Positions 61,192-64,000 of a stretch of 64,000 bases of DNA are shown piece by piece. Numbering within the stretch: position 1 is the stretch's first letter; every line of letters begins with the position of its first letter. Both the position numbers and the translations under genes were made by a program. Source of the DNA: Promethearchaeota archaeon (GTDB lineage Archaea; Asgardarchaeota; Lokiarchaeia; Sigyniarchaeales; SOKP01); NCBI GenBank assembly GCA_048940445.1, contig JBHLON010000004.1:32001-96000 (forward strand), in the 5' to 3' direction. The notes beneath the pieces are model-generated. The model worked only from the letters and a program-made list of their open reading frames with translations, did no database searches and was not told where the DNA came from.

Positions 61192-61326
61192 TTTTAAATC
61201 ATCTTTTTTTAATTTGATTTATAGGTAGAAGATACGTATAATGAGAAGAATATAATGTAATTTTTTAAGTTTTTTTCATGCGTATATTTATCAAACATTA
61301 AATGATATTTTACATTTGAGTACTAT

Positions 61327-62217
61327 ATGAAGCTCTTAATTACTGGAAGTGAAGGATTTATAGGATCTGCTCTTAAAGGTGTGTTAGAAAAAAATGATAT
61401 CGAAAGTATATCTTATGATATAAGAGGCAATCCAAAAGATGATGTAAAAGATTTACATAACTTAAAGGCAAAGATGAGAGATGTAAATGGTGTTATTCAT
61501 CTAGCAGCAGTAAGTAGAGTCAAATTAGCCCAAGAAAATCCATTAGAATGTATTCAAACTAATATTGGAGGCACAATTAACGTTCTAGAAGCAGCTAGGC
61601 ATGGAACAAATAACCATCCATGGGTTATTTTTGGTTCATCAAGAGAGGTATACGGAGAATCACCAATTTTGCCTGTTACAGAGGAATCTCCCCGTAATAG
61701 TATTAATATTTATGGAGTTTCGAAAGTTACGGGGGAAGACATGTGTAAGATTTATTCAAGTCATTATGGAGTAAAGGCACGAGTATTAAGGTTTTCAAAT
61801 GTATATACTGGGCTTAAAGATCATTTAGATAGAGTAATTCCAAAGTTTATCATTCAAGCACTTAATGATGAGGATTTAATCATTAATGGCTCTGGTAATG
61901 AGCAATTTGATTTTACCTATATCGAAGATACAGTTAGAGGAGTTTATTTGTGTATTCAGGAGGTATTGAAAAGTAACATTCCATTTGATCATTATAATAT
62001 TTCAAGTGGTATTCCGATTTCTTTAAGAGGGTTAGCGGATTTGATCATAGAAAAGACAAAAAGTAATTCAAATATTAAATTTGTTAAAGCGAGATCATAT
62101 GATGTTGGCAGATTCTATGCTATGCCCATAAAGGCTGAAAAGAAACTTGGGTTTAAAACGAGTATCTCTTTAGATAATGGCATTGATCTAGCAATCAAAG
62201 AGTTAAAGAGATTATAA
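61327..62217 (+). CDS. NAD-dependent epimerase/dehydratase
   Basis: TGSEGFIG, HLAA, SSREVYG, YGVSK, RFSNVY. Confidence 0.92.
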   Translation: MKLLITGSEGFIGSALKGVLEKNDIESISYDIRGNPKDDVKDLHNLKAKMRDVNGVIHLAAVSRVKLAQENPLECIQTNIGGTINVLEAARHGTNNHPWVIFGSSREVYGESPILPVTEESPRNSINIYGVSKVTGEDMCKIYSSHYGVKARVLRFSNVYTGLKDHLDRVIPKFIIQALNDEDLIINGSGNEQFDFTYIEDTVRGVYLCIQEVLKSNIPFDHYNISSGIPISLRGLADLIIEKTKSNSNIKFVKARSYDVGRFYAMPIKAEKKLGFKTSISLDNGIDLAIKELKRL

Positions 62218-62264
62218 ATAAAATAAAAGAAGAATAATTAAAATTTATTAGAAAAAAGTATTAT

Positions 62265-62480
62265 TTAATCCTCGTCCTCTTCATCTTCGCCCATTAGTTC
62301 TTCAATTTTGTCTTCTAGTTCTTCAATTTTATCATCAAGGTCAGAAATCTTTTTATAAGTTTCGCAAGTTTCGCATCCATCATCTTTTTCGCATTGAGGG
62401 AGTGTATCGCATATTTCTTCAAGTTTGTCTCTTTCTTCTAATAACTTTTCAACTTGATCTTCAAGTTCTTCAATACTCAT
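62265..62480 (-). CDS. small acidic coiled-coil protein with central Cys cluster
   Basis: ICDTLPQCEKDDGCETC between two heptad-like helices; GAAGGTG upstream. Confidence 0.65.
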   Translation of the reverse strand: MSIEELEDQVEKLLEERDKLEEICDTLPQCEKDDGCETCETYKKISDLDDKIEELEDKIEELMGEDEEDED

Positions 62481-62618
62481 GGTTTACACCTTCAAATGTA
62501 TTAATATTGAATAATTCATAATTTAAGTTCTTTTCCATTTTAGAAATTTGTTAAGTGTATAGATACTTATTTTCTAGAAATTTTATTAAAAAAAGATTGA
62601 ATGAATAAATAAAAATAA

Positions 62619-64000
62619 TTAGGTTGGTAATTTTTCCATTTTCTTTTGAATTTGTTTATTCAAAGTGTTAATATCTTTATCCAATTTTGTTAATTCTGTT
62701 GAAATCTTTTCGAATCTATTTTCTTGAAGATCTAACTTTTTAATATATCGTTCTTTTAAGGAGATGGATTGAGAATCTTTTCCTAAGACAGAAATATTTT
62801 CTCGAAGTCTTGCTTGTTCATTTGTCATTAAGTCTCTTTCTTTGTTTAGTTTTTCTCTTTTACTTTTAAGGTCATTTAGCTTTTCTATATCTTCAGCTAT
62901 TTCTTTTAATTGAGTTTCCAGAGCAACATCAATAAACTTCTTTTTCACATAAAATCCGATTCGTTTTAAAAAATCCTCTTTTGACCAATTCCATAAATAA
63001 TTACTACTATAATTTTCTCTTTGTTCTTTTAGAGAGAATCTAATTGCATTCTTAGGTTTTAGAGAAAGCTTAAATCGCCAATAATTTGGAGTCTCTTCAG
63101 GTTCAACAGGTTTTTCGATAAATTTGAAATCAGGAGTTTTAGGATGATCCAAATATAGTTCTTTTTCTTCATCTATCTTATTATTAATTTTGTATGTAGT
63201 GGTTATATTAGTAAAATAATGTTCATAAGAATATCCACTTCCAAATGTAACTCTATGTACACTAAGATTTTCTGACTTTTGTTCATGCATTATGATTATG
63301 GCCTGCTCGATTGCATAATTTAAGAGTCTTGTATCATCTTTATTAAGAAATGGAATAATTGCTTCTCCAGCAAGGTTATCATCATATATAATTGTTGCAG
63401 GTCCTCTCTCCAAAGTTAAATTAGTATTATTGGTTATTTCTATACAAGCATTAGGATTTTTTTCATGTTCGTTTTTGTTATATAATAGTACTCTCTTTGC
63501 CTTAATTGATTCTGTTAAGATAGGTACTAAGGCAGATTGTTTTCTCTTAATTGAAATTGGTTTTGCTATGTTATACTCAAATAATTCTCCTAAGTCTTTA
63601 GTTTGAATTTGAGTCTGCGTTTTGATTTTATCCATAAGTGTTTCATCAGATAGCTCACTTCCGGTATAACCAAAACCTCCGCGTCGTTTTGCCATTGGTG
63701 CAGGTGCTCCAGCAACAGCCATTTTTGCTGCTCGTTTGAGACTTCTAGTAGCTAAAGGTTCTTCCGCCATAGCATAATCTTTAAATCTTTCTTTTTCTAA
63801 ACCTTCTTCAATTTCTGTGGGTTTTGCACTTAATACTTTAGGCGGTCTAATTACAGGTCTCTCAATAAATATAGGTCGATAAAATTCGTATTTAAAAGAG
63901 ATGGGCATTCCTGCAACAAGACTCAATTCTATTGCTTCCCAATCTTGATTAGTGGTATTTTCAATCAAGCTCCACCCAGATAATAAACATTTGTTCTCTA
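62619..64000 (-). CDS. DUF4139-like protein (partial, N-terminus outside the window)
   Basis: Frame stays open to the window edge (..ENKCLLSGWSLIENTTNQDWEAIELSLVAGMP..LGELFEYNI..QSALVPI); C-terminal coiled coil. Confidence 0.75.
   Translation of the reverse strand, partial: ENKCLLSGWSLIENTTNQDWEAIELSLVAGMPISFKYEFYRPIFIERPVIRPPKVLSAKPTEIEEGLEKERFKDYAMAEEPLATRSLKRAAKMAVAGAPAPMAKRRGGFGYTGSELSDETLMDKIKTQTQIQTKDLGELFEYNIAKPISIKRKQSALVPILTESIKAKRVLLYNKNEHEKNPNACIEITNNTNLTLERGPATIIYDDNLAGEAIIPFLNKDDTRLLNYAIEQAIIIMHEQKSENLSVHRVTFGSGYSYEHYFTNITTTYKINNKIDEEKELYLDHPKTPDFKFIEKPVEPEETPNYWRFKLSLKPKNAIRFSLKEQRENYSSNYLWNWSKEDFLKRIGFYVKKKFIDVALETQLKEIAEDIEKLNDLKSKREKLNKERDLMTNEQARLRENISVLGKDSQSISLKERYIKKLDLQENRFEKISTELTKLDKDINTLNKQIQKKMEKLPT

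Overview
AT-rich archaeal chromosomal segment, almost certainly from an Asgard archaeon (Lokiarchaeia-like). The evidence is four Rab-like small GTPases without prenylation tails, longin- and roadblock-like proteins, a V4R/TRAPP-like protein, eukaryote-type ribosomal protein eL22, PSTK, form III RuBisCO with R15P isomerase, CDC48, aIF2-gamma, aIF1A, Spt5, TFS and tetraether synthase. No CRISPR array or intact mobile element is visible. The main finding is an unannotated, apparently circularly permuted 5S rRNA gene at 47540-47659. Its 3' half precedes its 5' half, and the canonical ends are joined by a 4-nt loop. The unit sits in a 16-bp processing stem with a bulge-helix-bulge-like motif, and predicted cleavage and ligation would regenerate the canonical CCAGAA/GUUAA junction in a 120-nt circle. 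Other notable items are a second structured ncRNA candidate (13938-14056), a 35-aa tandem-repeat protein with nebulin-like period and motif, likely ATT start codons, an HhH-fused aIF2-gamma and Met-rich insertions in two ABC ATPases. All calls come from reading the sequence by eye; no database searches were run.
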